A stretch of 64,000 bases of DNA from Candidatus Thorarchaeota archaeon (GCA_011364905.1 RDNZ01000005.1:49313-113312), one strand, 5' to 3'. Positions 9,336 through 19,404 are shown, numbered from the stretch's first letter. Program-made: numbers and translations. The notes: generated by a model from the sequence alone, not told the origin.

Positions 9336-10115
9336 CTAGCGATGAGCAATCACAACCATGCGTTCAGAATTAGAAGCATACGGAAGTCGGGGAAGAAAGT
9401 GCTGGCCGTAGAATTCCACTTTTGAGAATCCGACCTCTTCAAGCATCTCTCGAATCTCAAGGGCAGTATACACTCGGGTGTCATTATTTGAGAGCGCGTC
9501 TTTATCCATCAGGACAAGTCGATCCTCTTCCGTGTCGATAAACACAGCAGGACGACCGATGAGGACACCTGCATGTGCATCCAGAACATGAGGCTCATTC
9601 AATAGAAAACCCTCTTCCAGTTGGGTCCAAGTCTTCTGGAACTTTGGCAAGTTGTAAGGATTCATTAGGTCAAGCAGAAGGCAGCCACCCTCAAGCAATG
9701 CGTCATAGGTCTCTTTCAGCACATGCTTATTCATCTCATGATCAAAGAATCCAAAACTATGACTGAGCATGACTGCAGCTTTGAACTGCGATTTGAAGGA
9801 CATGTCCCTCATATCGCCGGCATAGAAGTTGGTATCTACCTTGGCATCCTTTGCGCTTCTCTTTGCAAATTCAATCAAAGACTGCGCTATGTCAAATGCT
9901 GTTACTTTGAAACCCTGCTTGGCAAATTCAATAGACTGGTATCCTGCGCCACAAGCGATATCCAGTATTTCATTGCCTTTCTTAAGATTCAAGACCTCAA
10001 TGATGAAGGATACAACGAGCTTGTCATACTGGTCAATCCCTTGAATTGATTGGCGGTGTCGTACACGAATGATTTCAGCCCAGAACTCATCCCAGCCAAG
10101 TTCGACCTTCTCCAT
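9336..10115 (-). CDS. Class I SAM-dependent methyltransferase
   Basis: ILDIACGAG motif I, GDMRDM, HSFGFF; start adjusted to ATG 10115. Confidence 0.88.
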   Translation of the reverse strand: MEKVELGWDEFWAEIIRVRHRQSIQGIDQYDKLVVSFIIEVLNLKKGNEILDIACGAGYQSIEFAKQGFKVTAFDIAQSLIEFAKRSAKDAKVDTNFYAGDMRDMSFKSQFKAAVMLSHSFGFFDHEMNKHVLKETYDALLEGGCLLLDLMNPYNLPKFQKTWTQLEEGFLLNEPHVLDAHAGVLIGRPAVFIDTEEDRLVLMDKDALSNNDTRVYTALEIREMLEEVGFSKVEFYGQHFLPRLPYASNSERMVVIAHR

Positions 10116-10298
10116 TGATTTGCACTTCCAATCGATGCCCTGCATTGACTTGGATATGAAGATTGTCATGGTGAAACTAGTTGTCATGAAAAGATCGGTT
10201 TCACCAATATAGGAACAGACCTAACCTATCATTGTGGATGCTGCAGTGCGTTAGAGGTCGATGAGATTATGTTCACGAACGAGAAGAAAATTAGAAAA

Positions 10299-10386
10299 TG
10301 GAGAGTCCGCATTTTTCCTTTCTCCGCCGGGAGGGACGCAGTACAACAGGAAAACTCGAAATGAGCATAACCTGCGGGCTTCTCCA
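10299..10386 (-). ncRNA. Candidate ~88-nt structured non-coding RNA of unknown family
   Basis: The 5' and 3' ends pair, internal helices are present, an upstream promoter-like 12-mer is identical to the one upstream of the 33646 gene, and a U-rich tract follows immediately. Confidence 0.5.
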
Positions 10387-10607
10387 CCTGAAACGAAGGT
10401 AAGTTATCTAAAAAACCTTTAGGTTGTCTACAAAAGTATCACTTTTGACTAATTTTCGTCAAGTCTTTCTAATTTTTGGACTGTTACTAAAAGATGAGTT
10501 GCGTATGGGAAAAAACCGGTCTTTGAACGAAATGAACAGCAAAAAATGAGGATTGCGTACCCAAATATGTGAATCAACGATATGAAAAAGGCAAATCAAG
10601 AAGTGAT

Positions 10608-10683
10608 TGGTAGCCCCGCCAGGATTTGAACCTAGGTCCGGTGGGCCAGAACCACCGATGCTGGACCACTACACCACGGGGCT
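10608..10683 (-). tRNA. tRNA-Gln (anticodon CUG), intronless, CCA encoded
   Basis: Minus strand AGCCCCG..GTAGTGGTCCA..GGTGG TTCTGGC CCACC..CTAGG TTCAAAT CCTGG CGGGGCT A CCA folds into a cloverleaf. Confidence 0.97.
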
Positions 10684-10789
10684 ATGTGTGGCTCCGAAGT
10701 CTGCTAGTGTATTTTTCATCTTTTCGGTTCGAAGGCAAACTAGACGCTTCTTTTATAAAAAGACTCAGCTAAGCCATCACGATTTAGAA

Positions 10790-11536
10790 ATGCCACTCTG
10801 GTCGGAACTCACTCACGGAAACTTCAAAGAAATAGCTTGCAAAACTGAAGTTGTAGTCATGGTGACTGGAGCTCTCGAAGCTCATGGAAAGCACCTTCCT
10901 CTTGGGACAGATACAATACTTCCTGAGTCTCTCGGAACCCAGATAGCTAAGAGAACAAACGCACTAGTCCTTCCAGCAATCCCATTTGGTGAGAGCTGGT
11001 CGTTTGATCAGTACGATGGGACCATCTCGATTCAGTCAGATGTTTTGACAGGATACTATGAGTCAGTCATGACAGCCATATTCAAACATGGATTTCATTA
11101 TATTGTGGCATTGAATGGCCACGGAGGAAACGACCCGATTCTACGCCAAGCCGCGAGAAAGGCAACTCAAGAGGGGGAAAGGACAGTCGTTATCGTGAAC
11201 TGGTGGAGAGATCTGGCAAAGTCTGTGCGAGAACTAGTAGAAGAAACTCCAGGAGGCCACGCGGCGGAGGATGAGACTTCTGAAGCCATGCATGTACGCC
11301 CTGACCTCGTTGACATGACTGTTGCTGAGGCACATCGCATCGAAACGAAGTTCACCATTGTATCTGGGGCTTATCGAAAAGACCTTCTCCCATCCGCGGT
11401 TTATGGAGACCCAAGAAAAGCATCAGGGGAAAAAGGCAAAGCCATCATGGAACAGGCTGAGAAAGAACTCCTTGAGCTGATTAATCAATTAGAACAGGGA
11501 CAACTCCCTGTTGAAAAAACTAGATTCCAACCTTAA
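10790..11536 (+). CDS. Creatininase / creatinine amidohydrolase family protein
   Basis: GALEAHGKHLPLGTD, NGHGGN, GHAAEDETS. True start is ATG 10790; the track's N-terminus overlaps the tRNA antisense. Confidence 0.9.
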   Translation: MPLWSELTHGNFKEIACKTEVVVMVTGALEAHGKHLPLGTDTILPESLGTQIAKRTNALVLPAIPFGESWSFDQYDGTISIQSDVLTGYYESVMTAIFKHGFHYIVALNGHGGNDPILRQAARKATQEGERTVVIVNWWRDLAKSVRELVEETPGGHAAEDETSEAMHVRPDLVDMTVAEAHRIETKFTIVSGAYRKDLLPSAVYGDPRKASGEKGKAIMEQAEKELLELINQLEQGQLPVEKTRFQP

Positions 11537-12332
11537 AGATTAGGGCATCTCGAAGGACCCGTTGAAACATGCGTAGAAGGTTCTTTCCTTCAGTGGCGAT
11601 AGTGTCAAATACCGGATATCCCTCCAAATCCAACATCTGGACCATATAGTCAAGGGGCAGTGCGTTTGGAAGGTCCCTCTTGTTCAACGCCACAATGATA
11701 GGGAGTGTTGCCATCCTATCGGTACCTAATGCAATTCTGAGCTCTTGTATCGATGCAAGATTCTCATTCATCTGTTCAGGCGTAGAGTCTGCCATGAAGA
11801 TTAAGCCATCACAATCTCGTAACACTTTGATTCGCTGGCTTGCATGTCGTCTCTGTCCAGCCACAGTAAAAACATCAAACACAACCATCTCGCTCGCTGA
11901 AACCGGAACGAAGTCGAAGAAGGTCGTTCGACCGAGCTCATCATGAATCTCAATTATCTTTCCCTTGGCGAGCGAGCGAACATTAGCAAACAACCATCGG
12001 AGAGCAGTGGTCTTCCCAGAGAGAGATGGCCCATAGAAAACAATCTTGATGTGAACCCTTCCTACTTCGTCGCGTTTCAAGATATGACCTGGTACAATCT
12101 CAGCCGCGCTTTGAGGCTTAATACTAGCCCGTCGAGCATACGCAGCGGTTGCTTCGGGATCAAAACGAACCTCCTCTGAAGAAGCGACTAGCGTACCCAT
12201 AGGTGCAGGAGTTGACTCAGGAACGGGTGGAGTTTCAACCGCAGGTTTGGCATCAACACTAACTTCTACTGATACTTCCTCTTCATCTTCAGGCTTCTTG
12301 GAGCGCCCGGTCAACCTGCGGAACACAGACAA
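11520..12332 (-). CDS. MglA-like small GTPase with N-terminal extension
   Basis: KIVFYGPSLSGKTT, RTTFFDF, TVAGQ and NKRDL match the MglA signatures. Confidence 0.88.
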   Translation of the reverse strand: MSVFRRLTGRSKKPEDEEEVSVEVSVDAKPAVETPPVPESTPAPMGTLVASSEEVRFDPEATAAYARRASIKPQSAAEIVPGHILKRDEVGRVHIKIVFYGPSLSGKTTALRWLFANVRSLAKGKIIEIHDELGRTTFFDFVPVSASEMVVFDVFTVAGQRRHASQRIKVLRDCDGLIFMADSTPEQMNENLASIQELRIALGTDRMATLPIIVALNKRDLPNALPLDYMVQMLDLEGYPVFDTIATEGKNLLRMFQRVLRDALIFKVGI

Positions 12333-12433
12333 ACGCCTCTCCAGAATTTAGGATACTCAATCACCGTTTAAATCTTAGGGGGCTTTCATCCGCAGTAGGC
12401 TTTATCAACTAAAAGGCTTTGGAGAGATTCATA

Positions 12434-13558
12434 ATGACAGATTTGATTGAATCAGAGTTCATCTCTAAGACATGGCCTACACTCAGTCAGATGACTTACC
12501 TGAATAATGCCTCGACTGGGATTCCACCAGTCAACGCTTTCAAAGCAATGAAGCAGTATTTGGACAATAGTGCAAATGCAGCTGGTAAAATCGAAGACAC
12601 ACTCAAGGCATTCAAAGAGATTCGACAGAATCTTGCTACGCTTCTTGGTGGAGATTACAACCAATATGCATTCGTGCCAAGTACTAGTGAGGGAGTCAAC
12701 ACAATCGCGCATAGCGTGGAATATCCTCCAGGCTCAAACGTTGTGCTCTGCGACCTCGAATTTCCAGCCAATTATGTTCCTTGGCAGAACGCAAGCAAGC
12801 TGTACGGTTTTGACCTTCGAGTTGTAAAATCAGATGAGGGCGCGGCTCCCTTGGAATCATTCAAGGACAAGGTCGATGAAAATACAAAGGTCATTGCTGT
12901 AAGCCAGATTCAGTTTGGTACGGGATTCAGATCAGATTTGAGTAGACTCTCAAAACTTGCGCATGACAACTCTGCCATTCTATCTGTTGACGTGATTCAG
13001 GCTGCAGGATGCATCGATACAGACTTGGTGAAGTCAGGCGTAGACTTCGCAACCGGACAATCAGCGAAATGGTTGCTAGGACCTATCGGAGCAGGGTACA
13101 TCTTTGTTGGGCAGTCAGTACTAGAGAAACTGCGACCTCGGTTCATTGGATGGTGGGGAGTTGAAGAGCTCATGGAGTTCGAATACCGTGAACGGACACC
13201 ACTACCTGATGCACGAAAATTTCAGGTAGGATCACCATCAATGGTATCATATGTTGGATTGTTGGAATCATTGAAGACCCTACTTCAGATTCCTGGTAAA
13301 GTTAGAGAGACAGCGGCTCTAAGTAATTCAGATTATCTCCGTAAGCGGCTCTCAGAGCGCGACATTCCATTCTATGACTTCGGTCCGGAGAACAATTCAG
13401 CTATTGTTTCCTGCAAACCCCAAGATGTTGAAAAGCTCCATGAAGAATTGTTGAAGAACAAGATTCATTGCTCTGTAAGGAATGGCAGACTACGAATATC
13501 ACCTCACTTGTATAATAATCAGGATGAGATTGACAAAATTGTCGATAATTTGAGGTGA
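12434..13558 (+). CDS. Class V PLP-dependent aminotransferase-fold enzyme
   Basis: YLNNASTG, STSEG, DVIQAAG, AKWLLGP (PLP lysine), RISPHLYN. Confidence 0.88.
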   Translation: MTDLIESEFISKTWPTLSQMTYLNNASTGIPPVNAFKAMKQYLDNSANAAGKIEDTLKAFKEIRQNLATLLGGDYNQYAFVPSTSEGVNTIAHSVEYPPGSNVVLCDLEFPANYVPWQNASKLYGFDLRVVKSDEGAAPLESFKDKVDENTKVIAVSQIQFGTGFRSDLSRLSKLAHDNSAILSVDVIQAAGCIDTDLVKSGVDFATGQSAKWLLGPIGAGYIFVGQSVLEKLRPRFIGWWGVEELMEFEYRERTPLPDARKFQVGSPSMVSYVGLLESLKTLLQIPGKVRETAALSNSDYLRKRLSERDIPFYDFGPENNSAIVSCKPQDVEKLHEELLKNKIHCSVRNGRLRISPHLYNNQDEIDKIVDNLR

Positions 13559-13562
13559 CTCG

Positions 13563-14249
13563 ATGCTAGATCAAATCGCAGACTCAATCTATTTCATAGA
13601 GAGTAGGTCATTCGATTCAAACATCACCTACATCAAGTCAGGAAACCATGAGATTCTTGTGGACACAGGCACGGGGCTCTATTCATCGGCGCTTGATAGA
13701 GATTTGCAGACGCAGGGTTCATCATTGGAGTCGATAACTGACGTGGTCCTTACCCACTGCCATATCGATCATATCGGTGGCGTAGTACCGCTCTTGGAAG
13801 TAGGATCACCAAAACTCTATCTTCACAAGGCAGAGGCCGAGTCTATTAACAGTGGCGACATGAGCCCTACGCTTAGTGACACCTTTGGAGCAGACCTCCC
13901 ACTATTCAAAATTGATGTCATACTTGAAGAGGGGAGCTTGATTGACTTCGGAGATATTAGACTCAAAGTGTTCCACACACCAGGACACTCAGCCGGGAGT
14001 ATCGTGATGAGAGTGGAAGGCTCAGGAATCCTATTCACTGGAGACACGCTATTCCCCGGTGGTAGTTTTGGCAGAGTTGACTTCCCAACTGGTGATCCGC
14101 TCAAACTTGTGGAGTCGCTTAGACGGATCTCTGAGATGGAGTTTGAGATTGGTTTGCCTGGACATATGAGTGCCATGAAGCATGACGCTCGTCGGTCTGC
14201 ACTTACATCGTATCAGATGGCGAAGAATTGGTTCAATGTGAGTGGTTGA
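13563..14249 (+). CDS. MBL-fold metallo-hydrolase (glyoxalase II-like)
   Basis: THCHIDH, HTPGHS, FTGDTLF, PGH. Confidence 0.9.
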   Translation: MLDQIADSIYFIESRSFDSNITYIKSGNHEILVDTGTGLYSSALDRDLQTQGSSLESITDVVLTHCHIDHIGGVVPLLEVGSPKLYLHKAEAESINSGDMSPTLSDTFGADLPLFKIDVILEEGSLIDFGDIRLKVFHTPGHSAGSIVMRVEGSGILFTGDTLFPGGSFGRVDFPTGDPLKLVESLRRISEMEFEIGLPGHMSAMKHDARRSALTSYQMAKNWFNVSG

Positions 14250-14444
14250 CAAGAACAAAATCATCATTGTAATACGGGGATAATGTGGGGTATTCTACTA
14301 AGCAAAGAATATATGAGATAAATCGTTTGAGCGTGAGTGTCGATGATGACACCATCAGTGGAAAAGCCGTCGGCATTAATGCTCAAAACAGACTCTCAGA
14401 CCATCTTGATGGCCTTGAGGGGATAAAGAATAAACAATCCATCA

Positions 14445-15293
14445 GTGAGTGTGGAATATTTGACTGACCCTCCTCGTGACTTGGAAGAACTACTAAAAGA
14501 GTTCAAGCCCGAGAAGAAGGCTCGTTTTCAAGCATTCGACAGGGTAATCAGTGCACTCAATACACCCAGCCAATCACTCTTTGTCACAGACAACGATAAC
14601 GAGGTCGACACATTTCATCGAGAATTCGACCAATTCTTGGTTTTAACAGGAAGAATGGAGGAAGGTGGAGAACGACCATATCATATGGTGCGAATCGGAT
14701 ACGACGGCGATATGTTAGATGATATGTTTAGAATCGTTGTTTCAGAGGAAGCCGCAAACTTCAAACCATCCTCCTTAGATGTCAACATGCTCTATTCCAA
14801 GCAAGCCATCTTTCAACACCTCTATGAGATAATCACCAAAGACAAGTTCATCATTTTCCATATCCCCGAGTTCCCCTTGGCATACTACTTTGAAACTGCG
14901 GTCGTCGTGGATGTGGAGGAACTCTCAGATGTCATGGACCCATCTGTCCACGATGATACTATAGTCCGATACCTTAATGACCTTCGTGAACAAGGAGCAG
15001 AGGAGCATAGAAAAACATACAGCTTCTTCTACAGGATCAGTACCTCTTTGTTAATGGAGTTCTCCAATGTCTTTCTTGTTGCCCCAACTGCGGGCATGAA
15101 TCGACATCTTTGTGTGACCAGTTGGCGGACTCAGACACTATTGCTTGGATTCGCCCCGCTCACATGGTCATCTGGGAGTTTCCGAGTGTTTGATTTAAGC
15201 GGCAGAGATATCGATGCTAGATGGGCATACCCCGCACCTCCATCAGATGATCCACGAGTCAAACAATACACACGAATTGTTCCAATGGAATAG
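14445..15293 (+). CDS. Hypothetical protein
   Basis: 282-aa ORF with natural composition; no motif recognised. Confidence 0.6.
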   Translation: MSVEYLTDPPRDLEELLKEFKPEKKARFQAFDRVISALNTPSQSLFVTDNDNEVDTFHREFDQFLVLTGRMEEGGERPYHMVRIGYDGDMLDDMFRIVVSEEAANFKPSSLDVNMLYSKQAIFQHLYEIITKDKFIIFHIPEFPLAYYFETAVVVDVEELSDVMDPSVHDDTIVRYLNDLREQGAEEHRKTYSFFYRISTSLLMEFSNVFLVAPTAGMNRHLCVTSWRTQTLLLGFAPLTWSSGSFRVFDLSGRDIDARWAYPAPPSDDPRVKQYTRIVPME

Positions 15294-15344
15294 TAGTCCG
15301 GGATAAACGCATGTGAGAATTAAGTTTCGTAGAGATATTGATTG

Positions 15345-15360
15345 TATATACATGTATATA
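15345..15360. promoter_or_regulatory. 16-bp perfect palindrome upstream of the CoA operon promoter (candidate operator)
   Basis: TATATACATGTATATA is its own reverse complement and lies about 25 bp upstream of a TTTAATA TATA-like box. Confidence 0.45.
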
Positions 15361-15413
15361 TGCATGATTGAATGTATAAAGAATATTTAATACTCGACCT
15401 GATAGGATAAGAC

Positions 15414-16355
15414 ATGACTGACACTTTGAGACCGCAACAAAACGCAGCAAAGTCTGCAAAGGCATTCGTGCCAGGACATGTCACGGGACTCTTCAGAATC
15501 TTCGATGACAATGAAGATCCTCTTCGTTGCGGTTCGATAGGTGCAGGGTTCTCAGTGACCATCGGAACAGTCACTTCTGTGTCTGTGGTGGATCACCCGT
15601 CACTAGTAGTCAAAGTAGATTACAACAATGAACGAGTAGATGCAAAAGTAACAAATGCGGTGATACAGAGGTTGACAGACGAATATGAGAGGACACTCAA
15701 GGTACACGTGGAACATCAGTCCTCTCTTATTTCAGGCGCCGGAATGGGAGCTTCGGGAGCTGGCGCGCTGGGTACAGCCCTTGCTCTGAGTCATCTGCTT
15801 GATCAGGATATCGAATATGAAAAAGCCGCAAGCTATGCACATGTGGCCGAGATTATTAACCACACAGGTCTTGGAGATGTTCTCGCCCAGACAAAGGGAG
15901 GAATCGAGGTACGAGTGAAGGCTGGGGGACCAGGAGTTGGAAAAATAGAGAACATATCATATCATGATTCTTTACGTGTAGTGTTAGCGGGTGCACCAGG
16001 ACTAGAAACATCTGAAGTTCTGACCAATCCAGTTTCAAGAAAGAGAATCAATTCAGCGGGCGACAGATTGGTATCAAAGATTATTGGCGACCAGAGGATT
16101 GAAACATTCGTGGAGTGCTCCCGCGAATTCGCAGAAGAGGTGGGGCTACAGACCACTCGGGTTAAGAATGCTCTTATTGAGCTCAAGAACGCGGGGCTTG
16201 GTTCCTCTAGCATGATTATGCTCGGTGATTCCGTCTTTTGTCTCTGTGATGAAGCTGAAACAGGTAGGGTTCAGAGAATCCTGTCGAAATATTGGAACTC
16301 AACTGATGTTCGTGTTGCAGGTATTGCACCCGAAGGTGGGAGGCTGTTCAAATGA
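15414..16355 (+). CDS. pok: Pantoate kinase (GHMP family)
   Basis: AFVPGHVTGLF, GSIGAG, GAGMGASGAG, TGLGDV, SMIMLG; first gene of the CoA operon. Confidence 0.92.
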   Translation: MTDTLRPQQNAAKSAKAFVPGHVTGLFRIFDDNEDPLRCGSIGAGFSVTIGTVTSVSVVDHPSLVVKVDYNNERVDAKVTNAVIQRLTDEYERTLKVHVEHQSSLISGAGMGASGAGALGTALALSHLLDQDIEYEKAASYAHVAEIINHTGLGDVLAQTKGGIEVRVKAGGPGVGKIENISYHDSLRVVLAGAPGLETSEVLTNPVSRKRINSAGDRLVSKIIGDQRIETFVECSREFAEEVGLQTTRVKNALIELKNAGLGSSSMIMLGDSVFCLCDEAETGRVQRILSKYWNSTDVRVAGIAPEGGRLFK

Positions 16356-17164
16356 CAAAAACTGAAATCCCTCCCGACCATCCCCGAAGAGTATCTTTGG
16401 AAACCAGGGAAGCAATAATTGAAGGGCATGAGGCCCATATTGTTGCAACAGCTGGTCTGCTAGCTCATGGCAGAGGCGAAGCATTTGACTATCTCATTGG
16501 CGAAACAACAACAGATCTAGCCAGAAATGCAGCCCGAGCTGCAGTTGCTGCGTTACTTTCTGCGAGCCATCCAGTGTTGAGCGTCAATGGGAATGTATGC
16601 TCGTTGGTGCCAGAAGAATTAGTGGAGCTGTCAGAGCTCTGCAGAGCGCCACTAGAAATCAACCTGTTCTACTACCGAAAGGAAAGAGAGGATGCCATTA
16701 AAGATGCTCTTTTTGCAGCCGGCGCCAAGGAAGTGCTAGGAACTCATGATCGTCCATCAATGACAATCCCAGAGTTGAGTAGCAACCGTCGAAAAGTTGA
16801 TCCTGAGGGAATTGGATCTGGCGATGTTATCCTTGTTCCATTAGAGGACGGTGACAGAACTGAAGCACTGAAAGCCATTGGCAAATTCGTCATTACCATT
16901 GACCTGAACCCAATGAGTAGAACTGCAGTGTTTTCTGATATCACCATTGTTGACAATGTGGTAAGAACTCTTCCACTCATGACCGAGCTTGCCAGAGAGA
17001 TGAAGGAACTGCCAAAGGAAGAACTTCATCGAATAGTGGAGAGTTTTGATAACACAAAGAATCTTGCTATGGCAGTAGAGGTAATAATCAAGCACCTTGA
17101 AGCGACCGCCAAGGACATTGGCAAAATCAGAGAAAGGAAGAGAACTGGAGTGAAAAAGATTTGA
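16352..17164 (+). CDS. pps: 4-phosphopantoate--beta-alanine ligase (phosphopantothenate synthetase)
   Basis: IPPDHPRRVSL, AHGRGEAFDYLIGE, VPLEDGDRTEAL, IDLNPMSRTA. Confidence 0.95.
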   Translation: MTKTEIPPDHPRRVSLETREAIIEGHEAHIVATAGLLAHGRGEAFDYLIGETTTDLARNAARAAVAALLSASHPVLSVNGNVCSLVPEELVELSELCRAPLEINLFYYRKEREDAIKDALFAAGAKEVLGTHDRPSMTIPELSSNRRKVDPEGIGSGDVILVPLEDGDRTEALKAIGKFVITIDLNPMSRTAVFSDITIVDNVVRTLPLMTELAREMKELPKEELHRIVESFDNTKNLAMAVEVIIKHLEATAKDIGKIRERKRTGVKKI

Positions 17165-18147
17165 AGATAGTTGTAGTGGGATCTGGATCCATTGGGAGTC
17201 TATATGGAGCCTTTCTGAGCCAACTAAAGGATACTGAAGTTATTCTGATTGGTAGAAATCCTCATATTTCCGCCATCCAGAAGAAGGGCCTCAGAATAAA
17301 GGGCATTCTCGGAGACCGTCTCTTCAAGCTAAAAGCTATGAAATTCGCTTCCGAAGTGGATTCTGCAGACCTCGTTATTATAACAACAAAGACCTATGAC
17401 ACTCTGGAAGCAGCCAAGAGCGCTAAACATCTCATCGATGCAGGTGCTTCAGTGCTGCTGATTCAGAATGGTCTTGGAACTGAAGAGGTAGTAGCCAAAG
17501 CCCTAAACACTACTAAAGTCCTTAGGGCAACCACTTGCATGGGTGCACTTCGGACTTCGCCCGGAGTTGTTACTGCGACGGGGTGTGGTCTGACGGAGAT
17601 AGGCTCGAGATACCCAGAGAACAGGGAACTTGTAGAAAGGCTTGTCAAGATGATGAAAGAAGTGGGATTCAAAGTCAGATCGAGCGAAAACATCGAAGGA
17701 GTCGTGTGGACAAAAACACTCGTAAACTGCGGCATAAATCCTGTTGGCGCCCTGACTGGTCTTTCTAATGGTGAGGTTTACAAAAATCACATTCTTCGAG
17801 GTTTGATTGTAAGACTTGTGGAAGAAGCTGTTCAAGTAGTCGATGCCCTTGGTGTGGAACTTACAACCGACGACCCGATTAGGTATGCACTTGGTACTGC
17901 AAAAGCGACTGGAGACAATATTAACTCAATGCTGCAAGACCTTCAAGCAGGAAAGAGAACTGAAATTGATGCAATAACCGGTGAAATCATTCGATTGGCC
18001 AAAGAGCATGGCATCGAAACACCCTCAAATGAGGCAGTCTATGCTCTTGTGAAAGCTTTAGAGTCTAGGAATCTCAAGGAAGGTAAGAAACTAGCTGAAG
18101 TTGACGTTCTGAAGGTAGCTGACCTCGTTGAGGCAATAACCGGGTGA
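17161..18147 (+). CDS. panE: 2-dehydropantoate 2-reductase
   Basis: GSGSIG Rossmann motif, TKTYD, QNGLG, WTKTLVNCGIN, SMLQD...RTEID. Confidence 0.93.
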   Translation: MKIVVVGSGSIGSLYGAFLSQLKDTEVILIGRNPHISAIQKKGLRIKGILGDRLFKLKAMKFASEVDSADLVIITTKTYDTLEAAKSAKHLIDAGASVLLIQNGLGTEEVVAKALNTTKVLRATTCMGALRTSPGVVTATGCGLTEIGSRYPENRELVERLVKMMKEVGFKVRSSENIEGVVWTKTLVNCGINPVGALTGLSNGEVYKNHILRGLIVRLVEEAVQVVDALGVELTTDDPIRYALGTAKATGDNINSMLQDLQAGKRTEIDAITGEIIRLAKEHGIETPSNEAVYALVKALESRNLKEGKKLAEVDVLKVADLVEAITG

Positions 18148-18152
18148 AGTAG

Positions 18153-19394
18153 TTGGTAGAGCACACATCAAAGCTCATCAAGGGCAGTCTGAGTAATCTG
18201 TTAGAGGGAAAGACTATTGCCTTGGGCATCACAGGAAGTGTGGGAGCTGTAGAATGTGTAGCTCTTGCTCGAAAACTGATGAGACATGGAGCAGATGTAG
18301 TCACTGTTATGAGTCAAATGGCACAAACCATCATCCACCCTTATCTTATGGAGTGGGCAACAGGGAATAGAGTGATAACTGAACTAACGGGTCAGATTGA
18401 GCATGTGACCCTAGCAGGAAAACACAAGGACCATGTTGATCTCCTTCTGATTGCTCCTTCCACAGCCAACACAATTGGAAAGATTGCCAATGGCATAGAT
18501 GACACGCCAGTGACGACAACGGCATCGTCTGCCATTGGTGCTGGAATCCCAGTTATCATTGTGCCTGCCATGCATGAGTCGATGTATGACCATCCCGCAG
18601 TCATACGAAACATTGGTCGACTGAAAGAGATGGAAGTCACAGTAATTGCTCCACGCATGGAAGAAGCAAAGGCGAAAATTCCAGAAGTGGACACAATCAT
18701 AGAGCACGTCCTATTAGTATTGGGACCTAAAGATCTTCAAGGGAAGCATTTCGTTGTCACAGCTGGGCCGACAAGAGGGTGGGTGGATAGAGTACGGTTC
18801 ATCACAAATCCTTCAACTGGTAAGATGGGAATAGCTGTGGCTGAAGAACTCATTCGACATGGTGCTTCTGTGACTCTGGTTCTGGGTCCAACATCCGAAC
18901 AAGGTCCAGCCCTTGCAGAGATTCTTAGAGTGACGACCTCAAAGGAAATGCTTGACACTGTGATGTCACAACTCTTAGCTCGGAGGACAGATGGATTTGT
19001 GTCAGCAGCGGCAGTTTTGGACTATACACCATCCAAGAAAGAGGACGTCAAGCTGGCTTCTGGTTCAGAAAGTCTGACGGTAGAGCTTGTGCCCACAAAG
19101 AAAATCATAGAAGAGGCAAGAAAAGCTCACCATGATCTATTCATCGTGGGATTCAAGGTGGAGTCTGGAGTATCAGATGAAGAGCTTGCATCAAAATCAC
19201 GGGTGAAAATCGATGCGGGAATCTGTGACCTTGTGATTGCTAACGATGAACAAAGAAAAGGTGTAGCATTCGGTACGGACACCAACGCGGTTCTGATTGT
19301 CGGACCGCAAGGCTACACTAAAAGCATCAACCTAGCACCAAAGCGAGAGATTGCACGTCACATAGTCAGTGAAATCGTTGAAAGGATGAAGTGA
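18153..19394 (+). CDS. coaBC: Bifunctional phosphopantothenoylcysteine decarboxylase/synthetase
   Basis: GITGSV, APSTANTIGKIANGIDD, PAMHESM, TAGPT, NPSTGKMG, VGFKVE, IAND. Confidence 0.95.
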   Translation: MVEHTSKLIKGSLSNLLEGKTIALGITGSVGAVECVALARKLMRHGADVVTVMSQMAQTIIHPYLMEWATGNRVITELTGQIEHVTLAGKHKDHVDLLLIAPSTANTIGKIANGIDDTPVTTTASSAIGAGIPVIIVPAMHESMYDHPAVIRNIGRLKEMEVTVIAPRMEEAKAKIPEVDTIIEHVLLVLGPKDLQGKHFVVTAGPTRGWVDRVRFITNPSTGKMGIAVAEELIRHGASVTLVLGPTSEQGPALAEILRVTTSKEMLDTVMSQLLARRTDGFVSAAAVLDYTPSKKEDVKLASGSESLTVELVPTKKIIEEARKAHHDLFIVGFKVESGVSDEELASKSRVKIDAGICDLVIANDEQRKGVAFGTDTNAVLIVGPQGYTKSINLAPKREIARHIVSEIVERMK

Positions 19395-19404
19395 AAACCG
19401 ACAT

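Noticed and set aside
10299-10386. tRNA-Sec or 5S rRNA
   Set aside because: No UCA anticodon arm or T-loop; too short for 5S and lacking its conserved loop C, despite a loop-E-like GUA/GAA string.
10607-10789. N-terminal 61 aa of the creatininase ORF
   Set aside because: This is an antisense read-through of tRNA-Gln and promoter DNA; the real start is ATG 10790.
12434-13558. Cysteine desulfurase / selenocysteine lyase linked to selD
   Set aside because: It lacks the catalytic Cys loop (RxGxHCA or SSGSAC), so it was left as a generic class V enzyme.
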